DNA from: Dehalococcoides sp. JdFR-54
GTDB taxonomy: Bacteria > Chloroflexota > Dehalococcoidia > JdFR-54
DNA: 64,000 nt
Reading direction: 5' to 3'
Assembly (NCBI GenBank): GCA_002011475.1
Contig: MTNP01000008.1
Location: 4,037 to 68,036 of the forward strand
Part shown: positions 18,882 to 28,575 of the stretch, in pieces
Layout: every line of letters begins with the position of its first letter
Numbering within the stretch: the first letter of the stretch is position 1
Notes under the pieces: generated by a model
What the model was told of the DNA's origin: nothing
The model's input: only the letters and a program-made list of their open reading frames with translations
The model's database searches: none
Program-made: the position numbers and the translations under genes

Positions 18882-19838
18882 ATGGGCAGTATCCTGAGAA
18901 CAATGCTCTTCATTCCCGCCAATAGCTGGCGGATGATCCTGAGAGCCCGGGATGAGATGGAGGATGCCGTTATCCTGGACCTGGAGGACGCCGTGCCCAT
19001 CGGCGAAAAGGAGACCGCCAGGGTTCTGGCCAGGGATTGCATCCCCCTGCTCAAGGAAAGAGCCATAGACGTTTTCATCCGGGTGAATTCGCTGGCCACC
19101 GGTCTAACCAGGGAAGATTTGAACTACGTAGTAGTCGAGGGAGCGGACGGCATAGTGCTCCCCAAATCGGAATCGAAGCAGGACATCCTCGCCCTAGATG
19201 AGTTCTTGCAGGATGAAGAGAGGAAAAAGGGCTTGGAACCCAACAGCGTCGCTATTATGCCTTTGGTGGAGACTCCCAGGGGGGTTCTGAATGTGAGGGA
19301 CATCGTCTCCGCCAGCCCAAGGGTGATTGCCGTGGGCTTTGGCGCTGGGGATTTCCTCAGGGAGCTGGGGGAGGGGTTCGCCATCACCAGACTAACCCCG
19401 GAGGAGTACTTCCCTATGATTCTCTATGCCCGCTCCAGCATCTCCTTGGCCGCCAGCGCCGCCGGCATTCTGCCTATAGATACCCCCTTCTTCGGGCTGC
19501 TTACCGATACCGAGGGGCTAATCGCTGAGTCCGAGAAGGCCAAGCTTCTGGGATTCAAGGGGAAGATGCTCATTCACCCCCGCCACATCAACCCCGTGAA
19601 TGAGATCTTCTCGCCTTCCGAGGCAGACATCGACTTCGCTAGGCAAATGGTGCAGGCCTACAAGGAAGCCGAGGCCAGGGGGCTGGGGGCAGCCTCCTTC
19701 GGCGGCAGGATGATCGACTATGCCATGCATACCATGGGAATGGACCTCTTGGCCAAAGCCGAAGCCATAGCCGAAAAGAGCCAACGGAGGCTCCGAGTGT
19801 CATCCTCTGCGGGGGCAGCAACTGAGGAGACTTCTTAG
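18882..19838 (+). CDS. CitE/HpcH family CoA-ester lyase (citryl-/malyl-/citramalyl-CoA lyase-like)
   Basis: LDLEDAV, RVN, LPK, VETPRG, GFKGKMLIHP, GRMID. Confidence 0.9.
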   Translation: MGSILRTMLFIPANSWRMILRARDEMEDAVILDLEDAVPIGEKETARVLARDCIPLLKERAIDVFIRVNSLATGLTREDLNYVVVEGADGIVLPKSESKQDILALDEFLQDEERKKGLEPNSVAIMPLVETPRGVLNVRDIVSASPRVIAVGFGAGDFLRELGEGFAITRLTPEEYFPMILYARSSISLAASAAGILPIDTPFFGLLTDTEGLIAESEKAKLLGFKGKMLIHPRHINPVNEIFSPSEADIDFARQMVQAYKEAEARGLGAASFGGRMIDYAMHTMGMDLLAKAEAIAEKSQRRLRVSSSAGAATEETS

Positions 19839-19855
19839 CCGGAACTCTGCCAGAA

Positions 19856-20998
19856 ATGGACCTATACGAGCACCAGGCCAAGGCAATCTTCCAGCAATAC
19901 GGGATACCTATCCCCCGAGGGCTGGTGGTCAGGGATGAGTCCTCCCTCCAGGCAGCGTTCGATGCCATCGGCCAAGAGAGCTTCGGAGTGCTCAAGGCCC
20001 AAGTGCTGACCGGGGGGCGGGGCAAGGCGGGGGGCATAAAAGTGGTGGACTCCCTGCCCCAGGCCCTGGAACTGCTCCCCAATATCCTGGGGATGCGGAT
20101 AAAGGAGTTCCCCGTAGATTCGCTCCTGGTGGAAGAAAGACTACACATAAAGAACGAATACTTCATGGGCCTCACCATAGACCCTGAGGCCTCGCTGCCT
20201 GTTCTGCTGCTGAGTCCTCGGGGCGGCATGGATATAGAGGAGGTCGCCAAAGATTACCCCTCGGCCCTGGGCAAATATGTAATACACCCCTCCCGCGGGC
20301 TACCTTCCTTTGCTGTGATGGACTTGGCCAGGGGACTGGGGTTTCCCCACAGGTTATGGGGGGCGCTAATAGACATCGCCGGCAAGCTCTATAAGGCCTT
20401 CTGCCAGGAAGAAGCCACCCTCGCCGAGCTCAACCCCCTGGCGGAGACGACGGGGGACAGCCTGATAGCCGTCGACAGCCGCCTCAGCGTCGATGACAAT
20501 GCCCTGTTCCGCCATCCCGAGCTCAACGAGCTGAAGAAGGGATTCAAGGAAATGTCCCTGAAGGACAAGGGGCTCGACTACATAGACCTGCGGACAGGAG
20601 AGGTGGGCCTGCTCTGCGTCGGCGCCGGCATGACCATGCTCACCATGGACCTGGTGGCACAAGCCGGCGCAAAGGCCCGGTGCTTCCTCGATGTCAGCCA
20701 CGGCATAAGTGCCGAGGGCTTGAGCACCGCCCTGGAACTATTGGCCTCAGAGCCAGGGATCAAGTGTGTCCTGGTAAACATGTTCGGCGGCCTGAGCCGG
20801 ATGGATGAAATAGCCACCTTCATGCTTCAAGCCATCGAGGCTATGGGGGGAAGGTTCCCCAAGCCTATACTGATTCGCCTCCAAGGGACAAACGCCGAGA
20901 TAGGCAGAAGGATGATGATGGAAGCCGGCTACGTCGTCTCTACTGAACTGGAAGAACTGATGGATAATTTCAAAGAACTGCTAAAGGGGACAAAGTGA
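19856..20998 (+). CDS. sucC: succinyl-CoA synthetase beta subunit-like (second copy)
   Basis: MDLYEHQAK, KAQVLTGGRGKAGG, GAGMTM, NMFGG, RLQGTN. Confidence 0.88.
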   Translation: MDLYEHQAKAIFQQYGIPIPRGLVVRDESSLQAAFDAIGQESFGVLKAQVLTGGRGKAGGIKVVDSLPQALELLPNILGMRIKEFPVDSLLVEERLHIKNEYFMGLTIDPEASLPVLLLSPRGGMDIEEVAKDYPSALGKYVIHPSRGLPSFAVMDLARGLGFPHRLWGALIDIAGKLYKAFCQEEATLAELNPLAETTGDSLIAVDSRLSVDDNALFRHPELNELKKGFKEMSLKDKGLDYIDLRTGEVGLLCVGAGMTMLTMDLVAQAGAKARCFLDVSHGISAEGLSTALELLASEPGIKCVLVNMFGGLSRMDEIATFMLQAIEAMGGRFPKPILIRLQGTNAEIGRRMMMEAGYVVSTELEELMDNFKELLKGTK

Positions 20999-21861
20999 GC
21001 ATCTTGGTAGACAAGAATACCCGTCTGGTGGTTCTGGGGATGACGGGAAGGCAAGGCTCCTTCCACACCAGGTTGATGCGGGAGGAGGGCACCAATATAG
21101 TGGCTGGAGTGGTGCCGGGCAAGGGGGGACAACAATTTGAGGGCATACCTATCTATGACACCATCCTACAGGCGAAACTGGCGCAGGATGCCAATGCCTG
21201 CGTCTTCTTCGTTCCTGCCTCGGCTGCTACCCAAGGTATACTGGATGCCATAGACGCCGGCATCGAGGTCGTCAGCGCCATTACCGACGGCATCCCCATG
21301 CACGATATGCTGTTGATCCAGGAGAAGTTGAAGGGAAGTCGCACCCGAGTGATAGGCCCTAACACCTCAGGGCTGATAACGCCGCGGCAGGCCAAGCTGG
21401 GCATAATGCCGTCTATGGCCTACAAGCCCGGGCCTGTGGGCGTCATGGCCAGAAGCGGCTCCCTATCCTATGAGGTGTGCTATGAGCTGAGCAAGGCTGG
21501 CCTGGGCCAAAGCACGGTGGTGGGGATAGGTGGGGACAGGATAGTAGGCACCACCTTTGCTGAGCTGGTGCCTCTATTTGAAGCCGACGCGGAAACCCGA
21601 GCCATCGTTATGGTGGGGGAGATCGGTGGGGTGGATGAGGAAAGGGCCGCCCTGACCATCAAGGAGCACTGCTCCAAACCAGTGGTGGCCATCATCGCCG
21701 GCTCTAGCGCGCCACCGGGCAAGGCCATGGGCCACGCCGGCGCCATCATCACTCAGGGCAAGGGGACCTTCGAGTCCAAAAGGGAGGCGCTTCAAGCAGC
21801 AGGGGTAAAGGTGGTCCGTTATCCCCGAGAGGTTGTCCAGGCCTTGAGGGAGGCATTCTGA
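20995..21861 (+). CDS. sucD: succinyl-CoA synthetase alpha subunit-like (second copy)
   Basis: [35 protein letters not shown]. Confidence 0.92.
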   Translation: MSILVDKNTRLVVLGMTGRQGSFHTRLMREEGTNIVAGVVPGKGGQQFEGIPIYDTILQAKLAQDANACVFFVPASAATQGILDAIDAGIEVVSAITDGIPMHDMLLIQEKLKGSRTRVIGPNTSGLITPRQAKLGIMPSMAYKPGPVGVMARSGSLSYEVCYELSKAGLGQSTVVGIGGDRIVGTTFAELVPLFEADAETRAIVMVGEIGGVDEERAALTIKEHCSKPVVAIIAGSSAPPGKAMGHAGAIITQGKGTFESKREALQAAGVKVVRYPREVVQALREAF

Positions 21862-21886
21862 CCGCACTGCGTGAGGAGACAGGCCT

Positions 21887-22315
21887 ATGGCAGTTAGGTT
21901 TCTATTGGCCAAAATAGGCATAGACGGGCATGACAGGGGGGCCAGGACGGTGGCCCTGGCCCTTAGAGATGCTGGCATGGAGGTTATCTATACCGGCCCC
22001 TGGCAGAGCATCGAGAGCGTAACCGAGACCGCTATTCAGGAGGATGTGGATATCATCGGCATCAGCACCCTGGGCGGGGATTATTTCCTCGTCCCCAAAC
22101 TACTGAACCGCATTAGGGAGAAGGGACTGAACATCCCCGTCATTGTGGGCGGCATCATACCGGCCCGTGTTGAAGAGGACCTGAGGAAGGCGGGGGTGGC
22201 AGCTATATTTCACCCCGGCGCCAGCATCGACGATATCATCAAGACCATCCATTCCCTGGTCAGCCAGCATGAGTCCGGTGAGGAGGTGGGAAATGCCAGA
22301 AGAAGCAAGCCTTGA
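21887..22315 (+). CDS. B12-binding small subunit of an acyl-CoA mutase
   Basis: GIDGHDRGA (DxHxxG), GMEVIY, VGGIIP, FHPG. Confidence 0.93.
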   Translation: MAVRFLLAKIGIDGHDRGARTVALALRDAGMEVIYTGPWQSIESVTETAIQEDVDIIGISTLGGDYFLVPKLLNRIREKGLNIPVIVGGIIPARVEEDLRKAGVAAIFHPGASIDDIIKTIHSLVSQHESGEEVGNARRSKP

Positions 22316-23990
22316 AGAAGCTATAATTCAGTGGCAGAGAGAGTATGAGGAATCCCTGCGTCGGCTGCCCCCACGACGGAAGCAGTTTGTCACCCAGTCG
22401 GGCATCCCGCTGAAGCCCCTCTATATCCCTGAGCCGACCTCGGCCGAGGCCGCCAATTACTTGGAGAAGCTGGGCTTGCCCGGCCAGTACCCCTTCACCA
22501 GGGGCGTCTACGCCTCGATGTATCGCAATCGGGTCTGGACCAAGAGGCTCCTCGCCGGCTACGGAGCCCCTGAGAACTTCAATGAGAGGGCCAAGCTCCT
22601 CCTGGAGGCCGGGGAGACGGGGCTCAACGCCCCGGCACCCAGCGTATCTATGCGAGGCTATGATACCGACCAGATGGCAGAGATGTACGATAAGGGCTAT
22701 GTCGGGCTATATGGCACGCCCCTAGATAGCGTGCTGGACACCGAGATAAGCCTGAAGGACATACCTATTGACCAGATCAGCGTCAACTACAGTGACCCCG
22801 GCCCCTTCGTCTCCATCGCCTTGCACTTCGCCGAGGCGCGACGGCGGGGCATCCCTTTGAACGATTTGAGGGGCAGCGCCAATCAGGCCGATTGCCTATC
22901 CCACTGGGTTAGCTCCCACCAGTTTATCATCTTCCCCCTGGAAGTGCATATGCGAATGACTGTGGACTTGATCACCTGGTGCACGCGCCATGCGCGCAAA
23001 TGGCACCCGTTGAGCATCATCGGCCAGCATCACTCCCAGAGCGGCGCCACCCCCCTCCAAGAGCTGGCCTTCACCTTGGCTGCGGGCATCGCCTACGTGG
23101 AGGAGTGTTTGAAGACCGGCATGAATATCGATGAGTTCGCTCCCCGCATCAGCGGTTTCTTCGATGGCCAGATAAACTTCCTGGAATTGGCCGCCAAGCT
23201 GCGGGCAGCTCGGCGCATGTGGGCCAAGACAATGAGGGAGAGATTCGGCGCCAAAGACCCTCGTTCCTGGCAACTGCCCATCCATGTGCAGACCTCGGGC
23301 GTAGAGCTCACCCGGCAGATGCCCCTGCTCAACATCGCCCGGGTAGCCCTTCAGGCGGTGGGGGCGGTGCTGGGCGGTACCCAGTCCCTTCATACCGATT
23401 CCTGGGATGAAGCCATTACCATACCCAAGCAGGAAGCGGCGCTAATAGCCCTGATGACCCAACACATCATAAGTGAGGAGTCAGGGGCGGCCGAGGTCAT
23501 CGACCCACTGGGTGGCTCCTACTACGTGGAGGCCCTGACCGATGAACTGGAAAAAAGGGCCTGGGAGATCATCGACACCATCGACTCCATGGGCGGGATG
23601 GTCAAGGCAGTTAGCTCGGGCTGGGTCTACAGGGAGATCACCCGGTCGATACGGGAGAGCCAGGCAGCCATAGATAAAAAGGAGAAAATCGTCGTTGGCG
23701 TGAACGAGTACACCCTGCCTGAGGAGGAGCAACAGCAGTTCGAGTCCTTCGAGGTCGACCCGGAGCTAGTAGACGGGCAAATTGAGCGCACCAAGCGACT
23801 GAGGCAGGAGCGCGACCAGGCCAAGGCCAAGAGTGCTCTCGAGGAACTTCGCGCCATCGCCGAAGACCCCGGAAAGGGCAACATCTTCGAAGGGGTCTTT
23901 AATGCAGTGCAGGCCTATTGCACCCGGGGCGAGATCGTCCACACGCTCAAGGAAGTGTTGGGCGAGGGAAGGCCTTACACCACTATCTGA
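22293..23990 (+). CDS. B12-dependent acyl-CoA mutase large subunit (methylmalonyl-CoA mutase family, divergent specificity)
   Basis: PGQYPFTRGVYASMYR, AKLRAARRMWA, HVQTSG, QSLHT, DPLGGSYYVE, VVGVN. Confidence 0.92.
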   Translation: MPEEASLEEAIIQWQREYEESLRRLPPRRKQFVTQSGIPLKPLYIPEPTSAEAANYLEKLGLPGQYPFTRGVYASMYRNRVWTKRLLAGYGAPENFNERAKLLLEAGETGLNAPAPSVSMRGYDTDQMAEMYDKGYVGLYGTPLDSVLDTEISLKDIPIDQISVNYSDPGPFVSIALHFAEARRRGIPLNDLRGSANQADCLSHWVSSHQFIIFPLEVHMRMTVDLITWCTRHARKWHPLSIIGQHHSQSGATPLQELAFTLAAGIAYVEECLKTGMNIDEFAPRISGFFDGQINFLELAAKLRAARRMWAKTMRERFGAKDPRSWQLPIHVQTSGVELTRQMPLLNIARVALQAVGAVLGGTQSLHTDSWDEAITIPKQEAALIALMTQHIISEESGAAEVIDPLGGSYYVEALTDELEKRAWEIIDTIDSMGGMVKAVSSGWVYREITRSIRESQAAIDKKEKIVVGVNEYTLPEEEQQQFESFEVDPELVDGQIERTKRLRQERDQAKAKSALEELRAIAEDPGKGNIFEGVFNAVQAYCTRGEIVHTLKEVLGEGRPYTTI

Positions 23991-24010
23991 GTATCGTTTA
24001 TGAATAAACC

Positions 24011-25513
24011 ATGATCTCCGCGGCATTGGAGCACAGGGTTCGGGCCAAGGAGCTGCTGAATAGGGTGACCTCTCCCCAGGAAGCTGCCAGCTTGGTCGAG
24101 GACGGGATGTCTCTAGGAATAGGGACGGGCGATTCCATCGCCTGCCCTAAGACGTTCTTCACCGCCTTGGCCCAGCAAGCCAAAGGCAGGCTAAGGGTCA
24201 AGCTTTTCACCGGCGGGCCGGTGCCCCACGAGGTGGATGGCCTTATGGTGGAGGCCGATGCCTATGAGCGAAGGTTCGGCCAGTTCAGCAATGCCTGGCT
24301 GCGGGATGCTGCCAATGAGAGACGGTTCCCCCTCCTCGACACCCGGACGGGCACCCTGCCCCATCAGGTACGGGACGGGCGCTTTGGCAGGATCGACATA
24401 GCCCTCATCGAGGCGGCGGCCATCACCGAGGCGGGATACATCGTCCCCACCACTAGCCTCTTGGATGCCCCCAGCTATGCAGTGCTGGCTGAAAAGGTCA
24501 TAGTGGAGATAAACCCCCAGGTCCCCCCAGAGATAGAGGGCATCCACGATGTCTACATCCCCGAGGTAGCCCCCCATCGAAAGCCCATTCCCCTGGAGAA
24601 GCCAGGGGACCGCATCGGCACCCCTTATATACCGGTGAATCCAGAGAGGATCGCCGCCATAATCGAATCGAGCCTGCCCGATAATCCTCCCCCCCGGGCC
24701 GCCACCGACCAGAATAGCCAGAAGATAGCCCACCACCTGTTGGAGTTCTTCAGCAACGAGGTCAAGAGGGGCAGGCTCCCCCCCAATCTGCTGCCCCTCC
24801 AGTTCGGCGTAGGCGCCATCCCCGATGCCTTCGCCGCCGAACTGGCCAAGAGCTCCTTCACCGATATCGAGTTCTTCACCGGCACCTTTGGCGATGGGGG
24901 ACTGGACCTGATCGATGCCGGCAAGGCGAAAGCCCTTTCCACCGCTTCGTTATATCTATCGCAAGAGGGATTCCAGAGGCTATACCGAGACCTGCCCCGG
25001 TATAAGCGATACATAGTCATCAGGCCGGTGGTGCTGGCCGACTGCCCCGAGCTGGTAGCCCGGGTGGGCCTCATAGCCATGAACAGCGGCATTGAGGTAG
25101 ATATCTACGGCCATGTCAACTCCACCCATATTCAGGGGTCGAGGATAGTGAGCGGCATCGGGGGCTCCTGCGACTTCATGTGGAATGCCTTTCTCTCCGT
25201 GGTATTGCTATCGTCCACGGCCCGGAGGGGGGCCATTTCTTGCATCGTGCCCATGGTGACCCACGTGGATCACCCAGAGCACGCCGTGGATGTGATCGTC
25301 ACCGAGCAAGGGTTGGCCGACCTGAGGGGCCTGGCTCCTGTGGAGAGGGCCCGGACCATCATAGCCAACTGTGCCCACCCCGATTACAAACCACTGCTCA
25401 GCCAATACCTGGAGGAGGCCATCAATAGCCGGGGCGGCCATGAGCCCCATATGCTGGAAAAGGCCTTCTCCTTTCACCTCCGTTTTGCCGAAACGGGGAG
25501 CATGAAGCCCTGA
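24011..25513 (+). CDS. acetyl-CoA hydrolase/succinate CoA-transferase (family I)
   Basis: PLQFGVG, EVDIYGHVNSTH, GIGGSCDF, VTEQGLADLRG, CAHPDY. Confidence 0.92.
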   Translation: MISAALEHRVRAKELLNRVTSPQEAASLVEDGMSLGIGTGDSIACPKTFFTALAQQAKGRLRVKLFTGGPVPHEVDGLMVEADAYERRFGQFSNAWLRDAANERRFPLLDTRTGTLPHQVRDGRFGRIDIALIEAAAITEAGYIVPTTSLLDAPSYAVLAEKVIVEINPQVPPEIEGIHDVYIPEVAPHRKPIPLEKPGDRIGTPYIPVNPERIAAIIESSLPDNPPPRAATDQNSQKIAHHLLEFFSNEVKRGRLPPNLLPLQFGVGAIPDAFAAELAKSSFTDIEFFTGTFGDGGLDLIDAGKAKALSTASLYLSQEGFQRLYRDLPRYKRYIVIRPVVLADCPELVARVGLIAMNSGIEVDIYGHVNSTHIQGSRIVSGIGGSCDFMWNAFLSVVLLSSTARRGAISCIVPMVTHVDHPEHAVDVIVTEQGLADLRGLAPVERARTIIANCAHPDYKPLLSQYLEEAINSRGGHEPHMLEKAFSFHLRFAETGSMKP

Positions 25514-25539
25514 ACCAACCGACAATAGGGCTGGAGAAT

Positions 25540-26868
25540 GTGCAGATGTCGCAGTATGAAGATGAATTCAAAAGGAAAATAATCTCGGCGGAGGAAGCAG
25601 CGGGGCTGGTAAAATCCGGCGACTTGGTCGCCTTTAGCTATGGAAGAGAGGCTACCACCCTGGGCTACGCCCTGGTGGCCAAGGCAGGCGAGGTGGAGAA
25701 TGTCAGGGTGCACGTGCCCACACCATCCCGGGACTTCGGCTGGTATGACCCAGGCTTCGAGGACTTCTTCTCCATCGAGCTGTGCTTTGTCCTGCCCGTG
25801 GCCAGAAGGATGATGGCCGAGCGCCGGGGTGACTACCTGATCCGGCCCATATATTGGACTATGGAGCCTGGCCTGAGGCCAGCGCCGGATGTGCTCTTCG
25901 TGGAGGTGTCGCCCCCGGATGCCCATGGCTTTTGCAGCTTTGGCGCTTCGCTGTGGGACAAAAAGGAGGCAACACAGAACGCCAAGCTCGTGGTGGCCGA
26001 ATTCAATGCCAACCTCATCCGCACCTATGGCGACAATTTCGTCCACATCTCGGAGATAGACTACTTTGTAGAACATATGCCTACGGGACAAGCCCCAGGT
26101 ACAACAGACATGCTGGGGAGAAGGGATAAAGGCCCCGGCGAGATAGAGAAGGCTATAGCCGAGAATGTGGCCACGGTGATCCGGGATGGCGACACCCTGG
26201 AGATCGGTATCGGGGGGACGGCCGAGTGGCTGCCCCGGCTGGGCACCTTTGACAATAAGAGCGACCTGGGCTGGCACTCAGAGAATACCGTCCCTGGGAT
26301 CATCAGACTGGTCATGGAGGGGGTATTCACCGGCAAGTACAAGACGCTGCATCAGGGCAAGGTAGTAGCCACCGCCGTGGGCGGCGGCACCAGGGAGGAG
26401 ATGGAATTCGTTAACATGAATCCCCTCTTCGAGCTCTATGGCTCTAGGTATATGCTGGACCCAGCCATCATCGCCGCCCATGACAATATGGTGGCCATAA
26501 ATAGCTGCATCGCAGTGGACTTGACTGGGCAGATCTCCGCCGAGTCCGTAGGGCCGACCATGGTCTCCGGCACGGGGGGACAACTCGCTTTTGCCATAGG
26601 CGCCAACCTCTCCAAGGGAGGGAGGTTCATCACTGTGCTCACCTCCACCTCCCGGGACGGCACCGCCTCACGCATCGTGCCCCAACTGGAGCCTGGAACC
26701 ATCGTCACCGTCCCCCGGACGCTGACCGATATAGTGGTCACCGAGTACGGAGTAGCCAGGCTCAAGGGCAAGACCCAGCGGGAGCGGGCCGAGGCGCTCA
26801 TCGCCATCGCCCACCCCGACCACCGCCCCGAGCTGCGGAAGGCGGCCAGGAAACTGTTCTGGCCCTAG
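25540..26868 (+). CDS. 4-hydroxybutyrate CoA-transferase-like (family I)
   Basis: DGDTLEIGIG, HSE, VDLTGQ, SGTGGQ, VTEYGVA, IAHPD. Confidence 0.9.
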   Translation: MQMSQYEDEFKRKIISAEEAAGLVKSGDLVAFSYGREATTLGYALVAKAGEVENVRVHVPTPSRDFGWYDPGFEDFFSIELCFVLPVARRMMAERRGDYLIRPIYWTMEPGLRPAPDVLFVEVSPPDAHGFCSFGASLWDKKEATQNAKLVVAEFNANLIRTYGDNFVHISEIDYFVEHMPTGQAPGTTDMLGRRDKGPGEIEKAIAENVATVIRDGDTLEIGIGGTAEWLPRLGTFDNKSDLGWHSENTVPGIIRLVMEGVFTGKYKTLHQGKVVATAVGGGTREEMEFVNMNPLFELYGSRYMLDPAIIAAHDNMVAINSCIAVDLTGQISAESVGPTMVSGTGGQLAFAIGANLSKGGRFITVLTSTSRDGTASRIVPQLEPGTIVTVPRTLTDIVVTEYGVARLKGKTQRERAEALIAIAHPDHRPELRKAARKLFWP

Positions 26869-26895
26869 CCCCGAGGCTTTTGGAGGCAGAGAGAA

Positions 26896-27051
26896 ATGCA
26901 AGCCAAGGAGACCAAATGCCCCTGGTGCGACGAGGTTATCCAGCCCAAGGAGGTCACCACCGAGGGGAAGCATGGCAAAATCCAGGAGCTCCGGTGCCCC
27001 AAGTGTGATGGCATCATCAAGGCCCGGCTTAAGGACCTGCCGCCAATCTAA
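26896..27051 (+). CDS. small zinc-ribbon protein (51 aa)
   Basis: Not in the ORF track. GGAGG then MQAKETKCPWCDEVIQPKEVTTEGKHGKIQELRCPKCDGIIKARLKDLPPI; two CxxC pairs; the stop overlaps the next gene's RBS. Confidence 0.8.
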   Translation: MQAKETKCPWCDEVIQPKEVTTEGKHGKIQELRCPKCDGIIKARLKDLPPI

Positions 27052-27063
27052 GGAGGTGCGCTC

Positions 27064-28245
27064 ATGGCTAGCGAAAAGGAAGTCGTGGCCGAGGTTTCCG
27101 AAGGCGAAATCTCCCCCCGCACCCTCGATGAGTGGAAGGCGCGGCTGGGGATGTCACTGCGTATCTCTGCCATCTTCAATATGTATGTCTCCAGGGAGGC
27201 GATACGGAACTACGTCAACGGCATCGGGGACATTAACCCTCTCTACCGCGATCCCGACTACGCAGCCAAGACCCGCTACGGCAGGCTCATTGCCCCGCCC
27301 AATTGGCTCTACAGCGTCTTCCCCACCTGGGTGCTCCAGGGTCTGCCGGGGGTGCACGCCTTCCACTCCGGCAACGACTGGCGGTTCTACCTGCCCATCT
27401 ACATGGGCGACACCATCACCCCGGAGTGCATCTTCACCGGCTTCGAGGTGAAAGGCAGCCAGTTTGCTGGCCGCATGGTCATGGAATACCAGAGGGCCAA
27501 CTTCCGCAATCAGCGGGGGGAACTGGTAGCCAGCACCGACCTATGGCTAGTCCGCACCGAGCGGAGGGCCGCCCGAAAGGCGGGCAAATACCACGATCTG
27601 AAGCTCCCCCACCCCTGGACGCCCGAGGAACTGGAGAAGGTAGACCAGGAGATAATGGCCGAGGTAGTTCGAGGGGGCGAGGTGCGCTACTGGGAGGACA
27701 CCCAGGTAGGGGAGGAACTCCAGCCAGTGGTCAAGGGCCCCCTGGGCCTGACCGACATCATCGCCTACTGCGTGGGGGCAGCGCCCATCCAGATCGCGGC
27801 TCACCACGCCCAACTAAACCTGTACCGCGCCCACCCCGCCTGGGGCTTTCGCGACCCGGAGACCAACGCCTGGGAGCCTATCTACGCCGTCCACTACCTA
27901 AAGCCGGCGGCCAAGGCCGCCGGGGTCAATTACTGCTACGACGTGGGCGCTCAACGCCAGGGCTGGCTCATAGGCTTCCTGTGCAACTGGATCGGAGACG
28001 AGGGCTGGATCAAGAAAAATTACGCCGAGTATCGAAGGTTCGTTTACCTCTCCGACGTGGTGCGGTTTACGGGCAAGGTAACGGATAAATACATTGATGA
28101 GAACGGCGAGCACTGCGTCGATATCGAGACCCATGCCATAAACCAGCGAGGGGAAGACACCATGCCCGGCCACTCCACGGTCATCCTGCCCTCCCGGGAG
28201 AAGGGCACCTGGCCGGTAGCCAGGCGGATCAGGACGGACTACTAA
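27064..28245 (+). CDS. MaoC/FAS1-type double hot-dog acyl-CoA dehydratase
   Basis: IGDINPLYRDPDYAAKTRYGRLIAPP, RYWEDTQVGEEL, NQRGE repeated in both halves. Confidence 0.88.
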   Translation: MASEKEVVAEVSEGEISPRTLDEWKARLGMSLRISAIFNMYVSREAIRNYVNGIGDINPLYRDPDYAAKTRYGRLIAPPNWLYSVFPTWVLQGLPGVHAFHSGNDWRFYLPIYMGDTITPECIFTGFEVKGSQFAGRMVMEYQRANFRNQRGELVASTDLWLVRTERRAARKAGKYHDLKLPHPWTPEELEKVDQEIMAEVVRGGEVRYWEDTQVGEELQPVVKGPLGLTDIIAYCVGAAPIQIAAHHAQLNLYRAHPAWGFRDPETNAWEPIYAVHYLKPAAKAAGVNYCYDVGAQRQGWLIGFLCNWIGDEGWIKKNYAEYRRFVYLSDVVRFTGKVTDKYIDENGEHCVDIETHAINQRGEDTMPGHSTVILPSREKGTWPVARRIRTDY

Positions 28246-28251
28246 CGCCCG

Positions 28252-28575
28252 CTATCTTATCGGCTTCCTCACGAAGACCTGCACACCCACCGAGAAAGGT
28301 ATGCTCTCCCGCAGGTCCTTGCTCAGGGTTATGGACTTCTTCTTATCACCGACCTCCTCCAGCCTCTCCACCTTGAACCTGAGCGTCCTGGGGCCGATCA
28401 CCTCCACCAAGCCCCCCACCTCAACCCCCAGCTCCGCCCGGGATTCAGCATCCAAACGGCACACCCCTTTCCCGAGGTCGGCATCCACATCCTCGATGAG
28501 GGTCAGGATTATCTCTTTGCCGTAGCTAGGCGCGCGATATTTGCTGCCGATCACCTGCTCTGAAGTTTCCATCAT
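28252..28575 (-). CDS. stand-alone CDC48/VAT N-terminal double-psi beta-barrel-like protein
   Basis: DLGKGVCRLD...ELGVEVGGLVEVIG...ITLSKDLRE...VGVQVFVRK follows the CDC48_N pattern; overlaps the tfrB-like stop by 4 nt. Confidence 0.6.
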   Translation of the reverse strand: MMETSEQVIGSKYRAPSYGKEIILTLIEDVDADLGKGVCRLDAESRAELGVEVGGLVEVIGPRTLRFKVERLEEVGDKKKSITLSKDLRESIPFSVGVQVFVRKPIR

